Shown: positions 1 through 12,835, counted from the first letter of the stretch. The stretch: DNA of 64,000 nt from Scyliorhinus canicula (GCF_902713615.1 NC_052155.1:46193404-46257403), one strand, 5' to 3'. Program-made: numbers and translations. The notes: a model not told the origin generated them from the sequence alone.

Positions 1-539
1 AACCTGGTGTTGTCAGACTTCTTACTGTGCTCACCCCAGTCCAACGACGGCATCTCCACATCATGTTGGATAAGGAAAGCAGATTTCCTTCCCAAGGGAT
101 GTCAGTAAACCAGATGGGGTTTTTACAGCCTGGTAGCTTCATAATTTTTTTATTCAAAGTGTAATTTATATTCCTCATCTGCAATGGTGGAATTTGAACT
201 CTGTCGCTCTCCAAATCGTTAGTCCTGTAACATAATTATAATGCCGCCAAAGATCTAAAATTTTAAAAGTTGGCTTTATATTTCCTGTATGGCACATGCG
301 TTTACTGCACTTTCCTTCATTTCCTTGAATGATTGTTCTTCAGCAGGAGGGCAGCTATTTTGAGGGAAGATCAGTTTAGAAGAGCTACAGACACTGGAGA
401 GGAATTAAGTTCAGAATGATAATTTAAATAATTATCCCAGTGAATGAAAGTGCATAATTTTGTTTTGGTTTTGCATGTGGAAGGTTTCTTAGATTAACAG
501 CGAAGATTGAGAGAGATTGGAGGGCCTGTGGTTGAAGAA

Positions 540-720
540 TTGTTCAGGTCGATGATCTTTCACCAGAACATCGGAGATCTGCTAATGAGTTCTGATGAAA
601 ACCCATCGACCTGAAACATTAAATCAATTTCTCTGCACAGATGCTGAGTTAATGCTGAGATGCCTGTCTGAGTATTCCAGCATTTCTTTCAGACTTCCAT
701 TATCAGTAATTCGCTTCTGA
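540..720. mobile_element. Foldback element (Penelope-like terminal repeat derivative) with inverted degenerate hammerhead motifs
   Basis: ttcaggtcgatgatctttcaccagaac (543-569) is inverted relative to gttctgatgaaaacccatcgacctgaaac (589-617). The tail is shared with the copy at 21050-21290. Confidence 0.6.
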
Positions 721-1090
721 ACTTTTAAAATTTGCTCTTGAGATGTGGGCATCTCAAGTGTGTGGGCATCACTGTTAAGGCCAGCAATTATTGTCCACCC
801 CTAATTGCCCATCCCTAATTGCCCTTTAGAAGGTGGTGATGAGCCGCTGCCTTGAACTGCTGCAGTCCATGCGCATATCTACCCCCACAATGCTGTTCAG
901 GAGGGAGTTCCAAGATTATGATTCAGATGTCGTGAAGGAACAGAAATATAGTTCCAAGTCACAATGGTGGCTTGGAGGGGAATTTGCAGGTGATGGTATC
1001 CTTGTGCATCTGTGGCCTTTTAGGTGAAAGAGGTCAAGGTTTTGGATGGTTCTGTTATGTTAGCCTTAAATTGCTAAACATAGTGCTATG
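720..1090 (-). mobile_element. 3' fragment of a CR1/L2-superclade LINE (family ending ...TCAAGGGCAATTAGGGATGGGCAATAAATGCTGG)
   Basis: Homologous to 2690-2960 and 38795-38860. Confidence 0.7.
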
Positions 1091-2019
1091 TTTCTGATGT
1101 GTTTGAGTTCCATCTGACAGTTTGGGTAGTTTTGGTGAATATAAAGTTTTCCATGACACTACAGTTAGGAAAAATGGGGAACTCCACTGTTACCCTAGCA
1201 ACATTCTACCCTCTGCGAACACTACTTGAAACAAGCTACCTGGCCATTGAACTCGTGCAGTTTGCGGGACCTTGTGCAGATTACTCGTCATATAACTTGA
1301 CTGCACTTTCGAAGTAATAGTGAAACTTGTGGGATGTCCTGAGGTTGTGATGAGGTTTTCTCTCCATAATCCATTTGGGAACTCTGATTGTGATGTTATA
1401 AATATATTTGCTGTTACTTAGCATTATGTATGGCATTAAAAATCTCAGTATCATATTACAACTGTCTGTTTGTAAAAGGTCCCCTGGTATTTTGTGTTTT
1501 GCGATAAGCTCTGGAGTTCAGAATGTGGTTTAAATAAATTCATTACCTATTGCATTTCATTGTCTTCAGTAAAAACAAACAATGCTACTAGAATCGCAAT
1601 ATGAACATTCCTCCAATACCAAAGCTATTCTTCGCCAAATTATTCTTCACAACCATTTTTAGTTTTAAATGTATTCCAGCTAATATATTGATGTGTTACA
1701 ATTTCCAAGGGATAACCTTAAATGGAACCAACCAGGTGGAATTTTCCCATTGCACAACAACTGCTTTGAACAAACGATGATGCACATTTAGAGCCATGTG
1801 AGCAATGAGGAGAATGTCTTCACATGAGGGCTTGGAGCTGTGTAAATAAACACACATGCTAGTTAAGGCATTGGGGTCAGTCTGCATCTGAAACAGGTTG
1901 TTATTTTGGATGAAACCCTTCATCTGATGACCTGTCTTTCTTCCAGCTGTTGACTCAGCCACTGTTTCAATTTTCATTTGACACCAAATTTAATTTTCTT
2001 TAAAAGAAAATAAATTATG

Positions 2020-2275
2020 GAAGTACATATGAGATAGGAGCAGTCAGCCATTTAGTCCTTCAGTCCATTCAGTTAGATCATGGCTGATCTCCTGCCCACC
2101 CACCCTAATAAACTTCAACGCTCTTGTTTATCAAGAATCTATCTCTCTTTACCTTGAAAACAAACATTCAGACTCTGTTACCCTACCTTTGAGGAGGGGT
2201 TCCAAAGACGCACCACTCGAGATTTTTTCTTCACCTCGCTCTTAAATGGGAAACGCCTTAATTTTAAACAGTGTG
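2020..2275 (-). mobile_element. CR1 (HER1-like) 3' fragment
   Basis: 3'UTR motif ataggagcag..gccatt..ccattcagttagatcatggctgatct, shared with many copies in the window. Confidence 0.7.
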
Positions 2276-2679
2276 ATGACTACCAAAAGTAGGGGCCAGC
2301 ATATAACAACACCAATATACATGAAAGGAAAGCATCACATTTTGTACAAGACAGTTAACATTACAAAACATCTCCCGCCTTCATTGACATTGACAAATAC
2401 AAATCATTCTATCAAGCAACTAGTAATTTTAATTTGCAGTTGTAACATATTAATGAGGACATGATCAGATTCTATACGAACAGTACATGGTTAAATTCTA
2501 AGCTGAAAAATCACAATACAGCTTCATGCACTAAAAATTGTCCTTTTGGATAACATGCCAGAGGGCCTCCGTTGACCTTAGACCCAACAACCTTGGTCAT
2601 TATTTCTGAAAACAAGAACTTGAAGCAGGGATTAATTTAAAGTAAATAATAAACTGATTCTGACATTAGATCAATAACT

Positions 2680-5250
2680 TTTTTTTGTTCTTGGGATAGG
2701 AATGTTGCTGTCCCTAATTGCCCTTGAGAAGGTGGTGGTAAGCTGTCGTCTTGAACTGCTCCAGTCCATGTGTCGGTACAAGCACACTGATGTTGGGAAG
2801 GGAGTTCCAGGGTTTTGATCCGGTGACCGTGAAGGATTGATAATACAGGTCCAAGTGGGAATGGTGTGTCACTTGGAGGGGAGCTTGCAAGTGATGGTAT
2901 CCCCATAGATCTGCTATCCATGTCTCCCTTAGGTGGGAAATGTCACAGGTTTGGAAGATTCTATCGAAGAATCCGTGGCATTTTGATACCATCTATTTTG
3001 TTATTGGTACACTGCTGTCAGTGTGCCAGTAATGGTGGGAATATGCGTATTAGGTGGTGGATGGGGATCCTGATCAAGGAGGCTAGTTTGCTTGAGATTT
3101 TGTGGAGCTTCTTGGGTCATTGAAGTTGCACTTATTCAGGCAATTGGAGAGTATTTCATCAGACTCCTGACTTGTGTCTTGTAGATAACAGATGGGCTTT
3201 GAGGGGGTGGGTTACTCGCTGCAGAATTACCGGCCTCTGACCTGCACTTCTAGCCACAGTATTTATGTTGGTAATCCAGTTAAATCTCTGGTCTGTTGCC
3301 ACGCCCAGAATGTTGATAGTAGGGAATTTTGTTATAGTGCCTTTAACATGGGGAGATGGTTGGATTCTCTTGTTGGCAATAGTCATTGCCTGGCACTTGT
3401 ATTGTGCAGGTATTGTTTGTCACTTGGCCCAAGCCTAAAAGTTGTCCTGGTCAAATATGTGGGTTTTGTTTTGATTGGGTTTATTGTCACATGTACCGAA
3501 GTACAGTGAAAAGTATTTTTCTGCGGCCAAATGGACGTACACCGTATGTACATAGTAGACAAAAATGAATAATCAACAGAGTACATTGACAAATGGTACA
3601 CCGACAAACAGTGATTGTTTATAGTGCGGTACAAGGGGCCAAACAAAGCAAATCCATGAGCAAGAGCAGCATAGGGCATCGTGAATAGTGTTCTTACAGG
3701 GAACAGATCAGTCCGAGGGAGAGTTGTTGAGGAGTCTAGTAGCTGTGGGGAAGAAGCTGTTCCTATGTCTGGATGTGCGGGTCTTCAGACTTCTGTACCT
3801 TCTGCCTGATGGAAGTGTCTGGAAGAGGGCAAAGCCTAGGTGGGAGGGGTCTCTGAAAATGCTGTCTGCCTTCCTGAGGCAGCGGGAGGTGTACACAGAA
3901 TCAATGTGAAGGTGGCAAGCTTGTGTGATGCGTAGAACTGAGTTCACTACTCTGCAGTTTCTTGTGATCTTGGTCTGAGCAGTTGCCATACCAAGCTGTG
4001 AGACAGCAGGTTAGGATGCTCTCTATGGCACATCTGTAGAAGTTTGTGAGAGTTGATTCAGGCATGCTGAATTTTGTTAGTTTCCATAGGAAGTTGCGAC
4101 ATTGTTGGGCTTTCTGGACTGTTGCATCAGTGCCAACTATCAGGGCCCATATCTTTTTCTGTATCCAGTGTTGTCTTCCATTTCTTCATATCCCATTCAG
4201 TGAATTGATTTGGCTGAAGACTGGAATCTGTGATGGTACAGACATGGGGAGATAGTGGTTGCTCCTAACAATACTGTTGTGGATAGATGCATCTGCGAGA
4301 GGTGGAATGGTGAGGATGAGGAAAAATAATTTTCCTGCTTAGTTGTATCATCATTTGCCACAGGCCTGGTCTTGCAGATATGTCCTTTGGGTCTCGGTCA
4401 GTAGTGGTTCTACCAAACCACATCTTCGAGCTGGATATTGAAGTCCTCCCACCAGAGTGCATCCTTATGCCTTTGTTACCTTCAGTGCCTCTTGCAAGTT
4501 CAACATGGAGCACTGACGGCTGAGGAAGGTGATAAGTGGTTAAAACAAAACAGGAGATGTCCTTGTCAGTGTTTGCCATGATGGCAGAGACTTCATGGGG
4601 CCTGGACGCAATATTGAGTAGTCCCAGGGACACTTTTCAAAACATAGGAACCAGAGTAGGCCATTCAGCCCCTCGAGCCTGTCCTGCCATTCAGCGAGAT
4701 CATGGTTGATCTGTGACCCTTTGGCCCATATCCCTTAATATCTGTGCTTAACAAAAATCTATTTATCTCAGATGTAAAATTAACAACTGATCTAGCTTCA
4801 ACTGTTATTTGTGCGAGAGAGTTTCAAATCTCTACCACCCTTTTGAGTGAAGAGGTTCTTGCTTAAAACGCCTTGATTTGTATTCAGCTGCATCACCTCT
4901 GGGGGATCTATCCTGTAGTTGGGATGGAGATGTCCAGTGATGGTGGAGTCTGGGACATTGACTCCAAGATATGATGTGGTGAGTAGAATGCAAGGAAGGC
5001 TGTTACTTGACTTGTCTGTGGGACAACTCTTCCAATTTTGGCACAACTCCTTGTGTTGGTGAGGACTTTTGCAGAGTTTGAACATTTACCATTTCTGGTG
5101 ACTAGGTCCATGCTGGGTATCCGATTTTATACATCAACCTTTCTGATGCAACTGAGTAGACAATTTCTAGGCCATTTCAAAAGGAAGCTGCTCAGAGTTG
5201 AAAAGCAGTTAGAAAGTCTGGAAAGCAAGGTCACCATTATACCATGCATT
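2680..5250 (-). mobile_element. Degraded CR1/L2-superclade LINE, interrupted by Rex1/Babar (about 3470-4130) and a CR1 3' end (about 4640-4875)
   Basis: Minus-strand peptides SFTVTGSKPWNSLP...LEQFKTTAYHHLLKGN and INILGVATDQRFNWITNINTVAR are typical non-LTR RT C-terminal motifs. Confidence 0.75.
3470..4130 (-). mobile_element. Rex1/Babar LINE, 5'-truncated
   Basis: RCLRKADSIFRDPSHLGFALFQTLPSGRRYRSLKTRTSRHRNSFFPTATRLLN is the characteristic Rex1/Babar ORF C-terminus. 3' tail cttttcactgtacttcggtacatgtgacaataaa. Confidence 0.85.
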
Positions 5251-6194
5251 TCAGTTTCAGAAGATCTGAAATTTTAGGTTTGATAAAGAATGCTCAGTCT
5301 CTCCTGATCTTTCAATGGAGAACCTCCAGATGGCCAGACCAGCTGCCCCAATTCGTTTCTTGCCTGTGTTGACATTACTACACTAATGTTTTGTGATGTA
5401 AAAGCTGAATTCATTTCTATTTATAATGTGAATGAGAAAAAAATGAGGGGCCAATGTAAAAACACTGCTAATGGAACAAGAAAATTATCATGTAGCCAAG
5501 TTTGAGTTTCTAGGTGAGAGATAGGGGAGAAATAATGACCAGACAAATTAGAGTTCTTGAAAAGATAACTGACTATTTATAAATATGAATGATATTTAAG
5601 ATGGTGAAACTTGGTTCAGAGCAATGCTTGATGAGCTGGGACAGCGGCCAGAATTTCTAGAATTCAGAAATCTTGAAGGTTTGAGCTTGAGGCTGCAGGC
5701 TGTGACAAATCAGACAGAATAGAGGTGCTGTAATGGGGAAATGGTAGGATTGCTGTTTTCAAAGGAAACATCAAGTAGGTCTAAAGTTCAGGTGAAGGTC
5801 CCATTTTTTGAATGAGTGACTGTAGGAGGCACTGGATGAATAAACATTCAGAATGGGGTCTTTGGAGCTTGGGAAAGGAAACGGTTGGCAGCAATGTTGA
5901 AGTAAATTTCACATCACATTAAGTGAGGTGTTATTTTGCTTCATATGTTTGTTGAGCCATTGGAGTTTCTATTCTAATCATTAGTAAAATCTCCAGTTGC
6001 AATGTCATTGACCGGGGGGGGGAGAGAAGGGAAGAGAGAGAGAGGAAGAGTGTCATGCCTGGTTCTTCCACTTGGATCTCAAAGTAACCCCAGCATAGTC
6101 AATTCAAGAAAGAGTCTAGTAGAGCTCCAATTATGCAGGTCTGAGGCCTGGTACAGTTGAGCTCAGTTTGGTACAGTTTAGCTCAGCCTTGGCT

Positions 6195-6415
6195 CAGGCC
6201 GGTTTTGCTCCGTTGACTGGTTCATGATGCAGAGTGAGGTCAGCAGCACTGGTTCAATTCCTGTGCCAGCTGAGGGTATTTATGAAGGCCTCGCTTGATC
6301 AACCTTGCCCCTCGCCTGGGGTGTGGTGATCGTCAGATTAAATCCCCACCAGTCAGCTCGCTCCCTCAGAAGGGAAAGCAGCATATGGTCATCTGGGAAT
6401 ATGGTGACTTTTACA
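6195..6415 (+). mobile_element. tRNA-derived SINE (family distinct from the V-SINE)
   Basis: B-box-like ggttcaattcc. Body aaccttgcccctcgcctg..gtgtggtg..ttaaatc.ccaccagtcagctc recurs at about 32425-32505. Confidence 0.6.
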
Positions 6416-7145
6416 CATCAATGAATAGGATTAAATCATAGAATCATAAAATGGAACTAAGAAGGCTGAACCTTTTTTAGCTTTTTAAATAAAGCTAACT
6501 ATGGCTACCATGATCATTCAACCACAGTAACTTTATTTGAAGCCTACTTGTGACAATAGGTGATTTTCATTTCCTTTTCAAGACCTAAAATTTATTTTCA
6601 AAAGACTGTAAAGGGAAAGTATTGCTGTAAGCTGTGTGTGCGTGTGGCATAATGAATAAATACACAGGCTAATGTGATGCAGACCAGGATTGGTCCCAGA
6701 TGTTCCTCCCAATCACCGCAGAATCAGCTGATCTTTATTGTGGCGTTAGTGCAGCATTACAACAAGCCATTGATCTGGTCATGGGAAAGGTGGTGGTGGG
6801 GAAATCTGCTCAGGTTCTTACTGCAGATTTTAGGAATTTTTTTTTTGGGAGGTAGTATGAAAATGTGTATAAGTTGAGCAAGGACAGGATCAAGCTCTAA
6901 AATGAAAACAAAATACTGCTGACATTGGAAGTCTGAAATAAAAATGTGCAGGAAATACTCTGGTCTGATAACTCGATTCCTCTTTCCACATATGTTATCG
7001 TTATTATGATCCCAGACCAGACCCTAACATTGGCTAGGATACGGGACACGAACTCCAAGATTTTACTTTAATTTTGTAAGACTGAGGAAAGGATACTTCG
7101 CTCCTGCACTGATTGCACGAATAAATAGGGATCTGGTATATTAAA

Positions 7146-7321
7146 TAATAGTAATAATCACTTATTGTCACAAGTAGGCTTCAATTAAGTTACTGTGAAA
7201 AGTCCCAAGTCGCCACATTCGGGCGCCTGTTTGGTGAGGCAGGTACGGGAATTGAACCCGCACTGCTGGCATTGTTCTGCATTGCAAGCCAACTATTTAA
7301 CCCACTGTGCTAAATCAGCCA
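7146..7321 (-). mobile_element. Short tRNA-derived SINE with Rex1/Babar-like tail
   Basis: Minus strand: A/B boxes (tagcacagtgg...gggttcaattcc), then cttttcacagtaacttaattgaagcctacttgtgacaataag. Confidence 0.75.
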
Positions 7322-7424
7322 CTAAAACAGACTTTATTACGAGCACAGTATTAAAATTCTTAATATCTCACCTGAAAATAGCTTACACTTACCGCTTAAA
7401 CAATGCTACTCAATCCAATGAATA

Positions 7425-7750
7425 TGAGGAGGCAATGTCTTAGTGGTATCATTGCTGGACTAGTAATCCAGCGACCCAAAGTCATGCTCTTGGGATCCAG
7501 GTTTGAATCCTGCCACGGCAGATGGTGAAATTTGAATTCAATAAAAAAAATCTGGAATTAAAAAGTCTTAATGATCATGAAACCATTATTGATTGTCATA
7601 AAAACCCATCTGGTTCACTAATGTCCTTTTTAGGGAAGGAAATTTGTTGTCCTCGCCTGGTCGGGCCTACATATGACTCTAGATCCATAACTATGTGGTT
7701 GACTCTTGAATGCCCTCGGGGATGGACAATAAATACTGGCCCAGCCATGA
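7425..7750 (+). mobile_element. tRNA-derived SINE with tail shared with the CR1/L2-like LINE at 2680
   Basis: A/B boxes tagtggta..ggtttgaatcc, ends ggatggacaataaatactggcc. Confidence 0.7.
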
Positions 7751-8194
7751 ATTAACAAAAAAAAACCTTAATTGCTTCCTTTATTCCCACTTAAACAAGA
7801 TCTCGATCCACCTTGAATACCAATGGCACAAAGGAATACTTGCTTTCCAGAGATATTCTTTGCGAAAGAGATCTTTTGATACTGCTTTACAGAAAAGATC
7901 TGACTCCTGTCAGAAATTCTGGCTGTATGTCTTCAAAAACTGTTTCAACTGGCTTGTTTCAGCTCACCCTTGTCCTCCGACAAACGTGCACGGCTTTAAA
8001 GACTGTTGATCTCTTTTTATATAAGTTGCAGAGCACAAAACCTGACTTGCGTTCCCAGCTTCATCCAGAATAGAACAAATTGAAAATGCTTTCTCAAAAA
8101 GGTCTTTGCTCTACCCAGCAATAACATCATCTCACCAAGCTGAAAACTAATTAACTCCCCTTAATTAAGACACAATTGCATTTGCCTTTGCTTT

Positions 8195-8600
8195 TTACTT
8201 TTAAAAAAAAATGTATTTTATTACAAATGTGTATCAAAGCGGGTTACAGTAAGTGAACACCCTGGGAAACAACTTCCCAACAATCAACGATACAGTCTGT
8301 ATAGACCCCTTTTTCACCCCTGATGACTAATAGCTCCTCAAACATGGTCACCAAACATTCCCCACTTTTTCTCAAACTCCCCTTCTGAGCACCTTAACTC
8401 ATACTTAATCTTCTCTAACCGCAGGAAGTCGTACAGGTCACCCAACCATGCCGCTACCCCCGGTGGTGATGCCGACCGCCGCTCCAGCAAAATTCGCCGC
8501 CGTGCAAACAGAGAGGCGAAGACCACGACATCGGCCTTCCTCCTCTCCATGAGCTCCGGCTTCTCTGAAATCTCAAATATTGCCACCAAAAGGTCCCCTA
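8195..8600 (-). mobile_element. L1 3' fragment
   Basis: RRRILLERRSASPP..AWLGDLYDFLRLEKIKYELR..F.KKW is a vertebrate L1 ORF2 C-terminus, followed by an A-rich end. Confidence 0.8.
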
Positions 8601-10489
8601 AGCTTTTTGTGATGGTTAATTGCACCCCTCCCACCTTTGTTGCTTTTCAACCTAAGAATCTTTTAATTCATGATTTCAGCAATCAAGCACACTTTGACCC
8701 AGGCTTTTAACCCTTACTTCACAGAATACTTATGATATAATATATCTGAAATTCCTATGTTCATCACAACATTTTGAGTTGAATATGGTGTCTCTGGTGC
8801 TTGAGCTCTGCTGTTGTGTTCAACTTGTTGCCAGATACCTTGCCTTGGATCTCTTGAGGAATGGTCATGGAACTGAATCCGCACTTTGACTGCTGCCTCA
8901 CAAAGCGGGTTGGATCAGGCCAAAGAAGAATTAGTGGTGAATTTAAAAAGTGCTTTCAAAGATTTAGTGCAGGTAAATAGATAAAGCAAAGATGAGTTGA
9001 AACAATGGCCAGAACTAGAATTCATGTGCTCTATTATTGTCACTGATTTAATTGAAGGTTTATAAAAACTTAGATCTCGAAGATTCCATGTTAATTACTG
9101 CATGACCATATAAATTGTTGAAACTTAGCTATATAATAATTTACTCATCTAACGTGTGGACCAAATTAATCGAAAGTGCTGCTACTGCAGGCCCACAAGG
9201 ATAGAAGCAGGCACCTCTCTCTAACTGAGGTAAATTAAACATGTTTTATTCAATTTGTTTACTGGCCTGCATGAATTACAGAATTCTCTAACTTGCCACA
9301 AGCTCACTTAAGAAAATTGCAGATCTGGTGTTGAATAACCATCACTTTCTTGGGCAAAGTTGCTCAATGACTGACCTTGCCAGTATTGTACACATTCTAA
9401 AGAAGAGTATATTTTTTGTTTAATATGGTTTGAATGTAGCGCAGAGTAATAGAATGAAATATGAAGAAATGCATCATCCATCGTGTTTAAAACTGCATTA
9501 ACTACTGAGAAAAGTCTCTTTCCCCCACCCCAAGTATTGTATTACAGTGCTGTAGAGTTTAATCAGATAATCTCTTGGAATTGCACACTTCCCATTGCTT
9601 ACCTGGCAGGGATCCCTACCCACTGAGACTTTGACTTGTATGTTTGTCGGGAGCTGAAAGGAAAGAAGCCTAGCTGTGTGATCCTCCTTGTACAAAAAAT
9701 CAGCTTGACTGTGATCAACCAGTCAAAGGATCCTGGAGAACCAAGACCTGGTTGGATCTGGTAGGTTTTGCAGAGGAAAAACTTGGTTCTAACCTCCCAT
9801 TGCACCAGTCCTTCTAAATCAAACTTTGCATATTTTTATTATACTCAAAAATATGAATCACTCAGCAAATGGAATTACATTGGGTGCATGATTTTTGTTT
9901 AACTTAGTTTTTGATCTTTGGCTGTGCATTTTTTTCCAAATTGTTTTATGTTAAAGCACGCACCTTGTTACAGCATGCTGAATACTTGGATCCCTCAGCA
10001 ACGTGCTAACATGATGAACTATGTGATATACGTCAGAATGGTCACTGGGCAAAAGTAGTCTTCACTTTCATAATTACCTTTATTTAATTATCTCCTTAAG
10101 TAGATTGTACTGGTCTTAAACCCATCTTTTGGAAAAATATTTGTTTTCACATTAAAGAAAAAAAGGTAATCCATGCAATGATTTTGAAATAGTTGGCCTC
10201 AAGCAAATGGAGGAAAGAGATCGGAAGCAGATGTAATGAGTAATGTGCTGAGCTACATATTTGTGGGATGGCTAGATTACATGTATTTATACTAATGCAC
10301 CATTGGAAAAAAGCAATACGCTTTAAATTGCTTCCTCATGTAATATAGATCTGTATAACCATGAGTGGTCTCCCCTGGCACATTTTGCAAGAGCAAAATC
10401 TATAATGTGGATGTTTTAGAGCTGCCCCTCTTTAAAATATGCCTTTGATATGCAATGAATGTTTCTCTCAGAATTATTACTCTTTTTAA

Positions 10490-10840
10490 GTGTCTTTTGG
10501 TTAATTTGGTAGTACTCGTGCCTCTGAGCCACCAGATTCTGGGTTTGAGTTCCACACCATGACTTGAATCTGTAATCTAGGTTGATGCTGTAAAAGGCTA
10601 TATTGTCTTTCAGATGATTTGTTAAAATGTGGCCATTCGGATGGTTCAGATATAGATTATATGACACAGTTTGAAGACGAATGCCCTAAGAATTGGTTAA
10701 CTGCCACTTGTTTCATGTTTGTGTGAAATATTGTTGCACAGAATGACAGCTGTGTTTTCCCATATAACTGTGCAAATAATTCATTGTACGTTGTGTTTCA
10801 AATGATATTTAAGAGACACAAGTGAACAATATCAAGTTTG
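10490..10840 (+). mobile_element. DeuSINE-like SINE, diverged
   Basis: tRNA head ggtagtactcgtgcctctgagccaccagattctgggtttgagttcc. Homologous to the reverse complement of 23870-24230. Confidence 0.55.
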
Positions 10841-10849
10841 TTGTTTCTT

Positions 10850-11665
10850 TATTTAGCAATGAAACTCTGCACATCCTTGTTGGAGGGGATGTTGTTGGAG
10901 ATGGGCTGGATCATTTCGGCGATCTACGGGAAGATTTTGGAGGAGGATACGGCATCTTTGGAGGGGGTTAAGGCCAAGTAGGAGGAGGAGCTGGGGGGGC
11001 GGGGGGCCTCTGGAGGAGTGTTGTGGTGTGAGGTGCCTCAACCTCTTGTCCAAGGCTAGGCTCCAATTAAAGGTGGTGCATAGGGCAGACCTGACAAAAT
11101 CAGGGTTGAGTTGGCTGTTTGAGGGGGTGGAGGATGTTTGTGAGAGATGGGGGGCGGGGGCGGCGGGCAGCCAACCATGCACATACGTTCACATACCATG
11201 CACATACTGTCCGAAGTTAGAGAAGTTTGGAGTTCCTTCTTCAGCACTATGCTGGTGAACTTGGACTTGGAATCCAGTCCTTGAGGGGCCAAATTTGGTG
11301 TGTTGGACCTGGTGGAGCTGCAAGCAAGGGCAGATGTTTTATCCTTCGCCTCGCTGGCTCATCTGCAGGTTCTGTTGGGATGGAAGTCAGCTTCTCTGCC
11401 CTGTGCCTCAGTGTGGCTGGGGGACCTGATGGAGTACCTGTGTGTTGAGAAGGTTAAGTTCACCTTGAGGGGTTCTATGAGATGGAATCTGTTTATTCTT
11501 CGCTTTAAAGAGTTGGTTACAGTCAGCTGCTAAAAGGCAGGGGTGGATTATTTTTTGAGTCATACATTCGTTGGTAGTGTGGGGAGGGAGGTGGGTTCTT
11601 CTGTTTTCTACTTTGTGTTTTTGCTTTATATATAAAATGTTAAATACAAATATATTTAAATATTT
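10850..11665 (+). mobile_element. L1 ORF2 3' fragment (zf-RVT region) + 3'UTR
   Basis: LQLKVVHRADLT...CERW...H.YCPKLEKF...WLGDLMEYLCVEKVKFTLRGS. Confidence 0.8.
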
Positions 11666-11832
11666 AATGAAACCCTGGTGACTGTTTACAGTCTGCGTTT
11701 ATCCACCCACTTCAATTTTCCCATCTCCAGTTCCCCTAAGAAGGTGCAGGCAGCCTTAATCTACTGGTAACAATTTTATGGGATTGAACAATTTGCAGGC
11801 ATTTTTATAGGACCGTTAAATGTCAACACCTG

Positions 11833-12061
11833 GGGCAGCATGTGGCACAGTGGATAGCACTGGGACTGCGGCACTGAGTACCCAGGTTCGAATCGCTGTC
11901 CTGGGTCACTGTCTGTGTGGAATTTGGACATTCTCCCCATGTCTGTGGGTTGCACTCCCACAACCCAAAGATGTGCAGATTAGGTGGACTGGGCACGCTA
12001 AATTGCCCCTTAATTGGAAAAAAAGGTTAATTGGGTACTCATTTAAAAAAAAAAAAAAAAA
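11833..12061 (+). mobile_element. V-SINE (HE1-like body), poly(A)-tailed variant
   Basis: tRNA A/B boxes, V-domain, A-tail. TSD tcaacacctg at 11823-11832 and 12062-12071. Confidence 0.85.
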
Positions 12062-12244
12062 TCAACACCTGAATCTCATGGGTGAGGAAACCCAAAAGTC
12101 TGGGCCAGTGGGCATTAGTGTATGAATTTAAATTTTAAGAACTTTTTATCCTGATTTTTTTTTTCTTTCTGAATTTGAAATTGCCAACGTGGGATTTGAA
12201 CTCGTTCACTGAATTGCTAGTGCAGTAACATAACCACTGTGAAA

Positions 12245-12790
12245 CTTGGGCAACCTATAGAATGCACCTGAAAATACTGTCAGCAGTACCTTCACGAGAT
12301 TCTTCGAATCCAGTGGCAAGAACGGCATTCCAACAGTAGATGCAAAGTTTAGTATTGAGGTGCTAATCACGCAAAACAGCCGTGCTGGGCAGGGCATTTT
12401 GTGTTCCTGCCAGCAGATTCTCTCAACGCTTACTTGGAATGTGGTTGTGTCAGGAGACTCCCAGGCCAGAAGGAATGCGATAGAGCTATCTTCAAAGCAT
12501 CCCTGAAGAGGTCAACAGTTCCCGCTGGAAGTCCCTCGCTCATAACTGAACAAAATGGAGAAGATCCATTTGAGGAGGCATTCCATTCTCTTGATGTATT
12601 TGTCGGGAATATGCAGAGGTGAAGTCGATACATTAGAACACATAAACCTCCAACTACCACCTACCTGCCCTGCATTTGGCGAAGTCTGCAGATCATGCAT
12701 TGCACTTACCAACCATCTCTGAGCTCATTGAACTGGAGTGGAAGCAAGTTGTCCTTAACCCCAAAGACCTGCTTAATTAGGAGGAGACAC
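12245..12790 (+). mobile_element. RTE-clade LINE 3' fragment
   Basis: Degraded R..GGQ.K...D..KASLK...WK..R..I.E...F motifs and a terminal C-x2-C...H-x3-H finger (CPAFGEVCRSCIALTNHLxAH). Confidence 0.65.
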
Positions 12791-12835
12791 TACTCTATTA
12801 AACTGCATCTCTTTTCCATTCTGTGGAGTTTCAGG

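Larger units (their letters stand above)
6993..8768 (-). mobile_element. Probable solo LTR interrupted by two SINEs and an L1 3' fragment
   Basis: TGTTAT...ATCACA termini, flanks acata/acatt (4 of 5 match). On the minus strand, TATAAAA at about 8015-8021 precedes AATAAA at 7333-7338. Confidence 0.55.

Noticed and set aside
1-65. Possible tail of another Penelope-like family
   Set aside because: Cut by the window edge and there is no second copy here to support it.
5819-5835. Weaker CTCF-like motifs (here and at about 13537-13553)
   Set aside because: Several mismatches at core positions; expected by chance.
6620-6900. Old SINE-like sequence initially suspected to be LF-SINE
   Set aside because: Too diverged to assign and does not match the LF-SINE consensus as I recall it.
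9598-9611. CTTACCTGGCAGGG matches the 5' end of U1 snRNA
   Set aside because: Similarity stops after 14 nt. It is better explained as a minus-strand 5' splice site.
11833-11910. tRNA genes at SINE heads
   Set aside because: A/B boxes only, no complete cloverleaf, always fused to SINE bodies.
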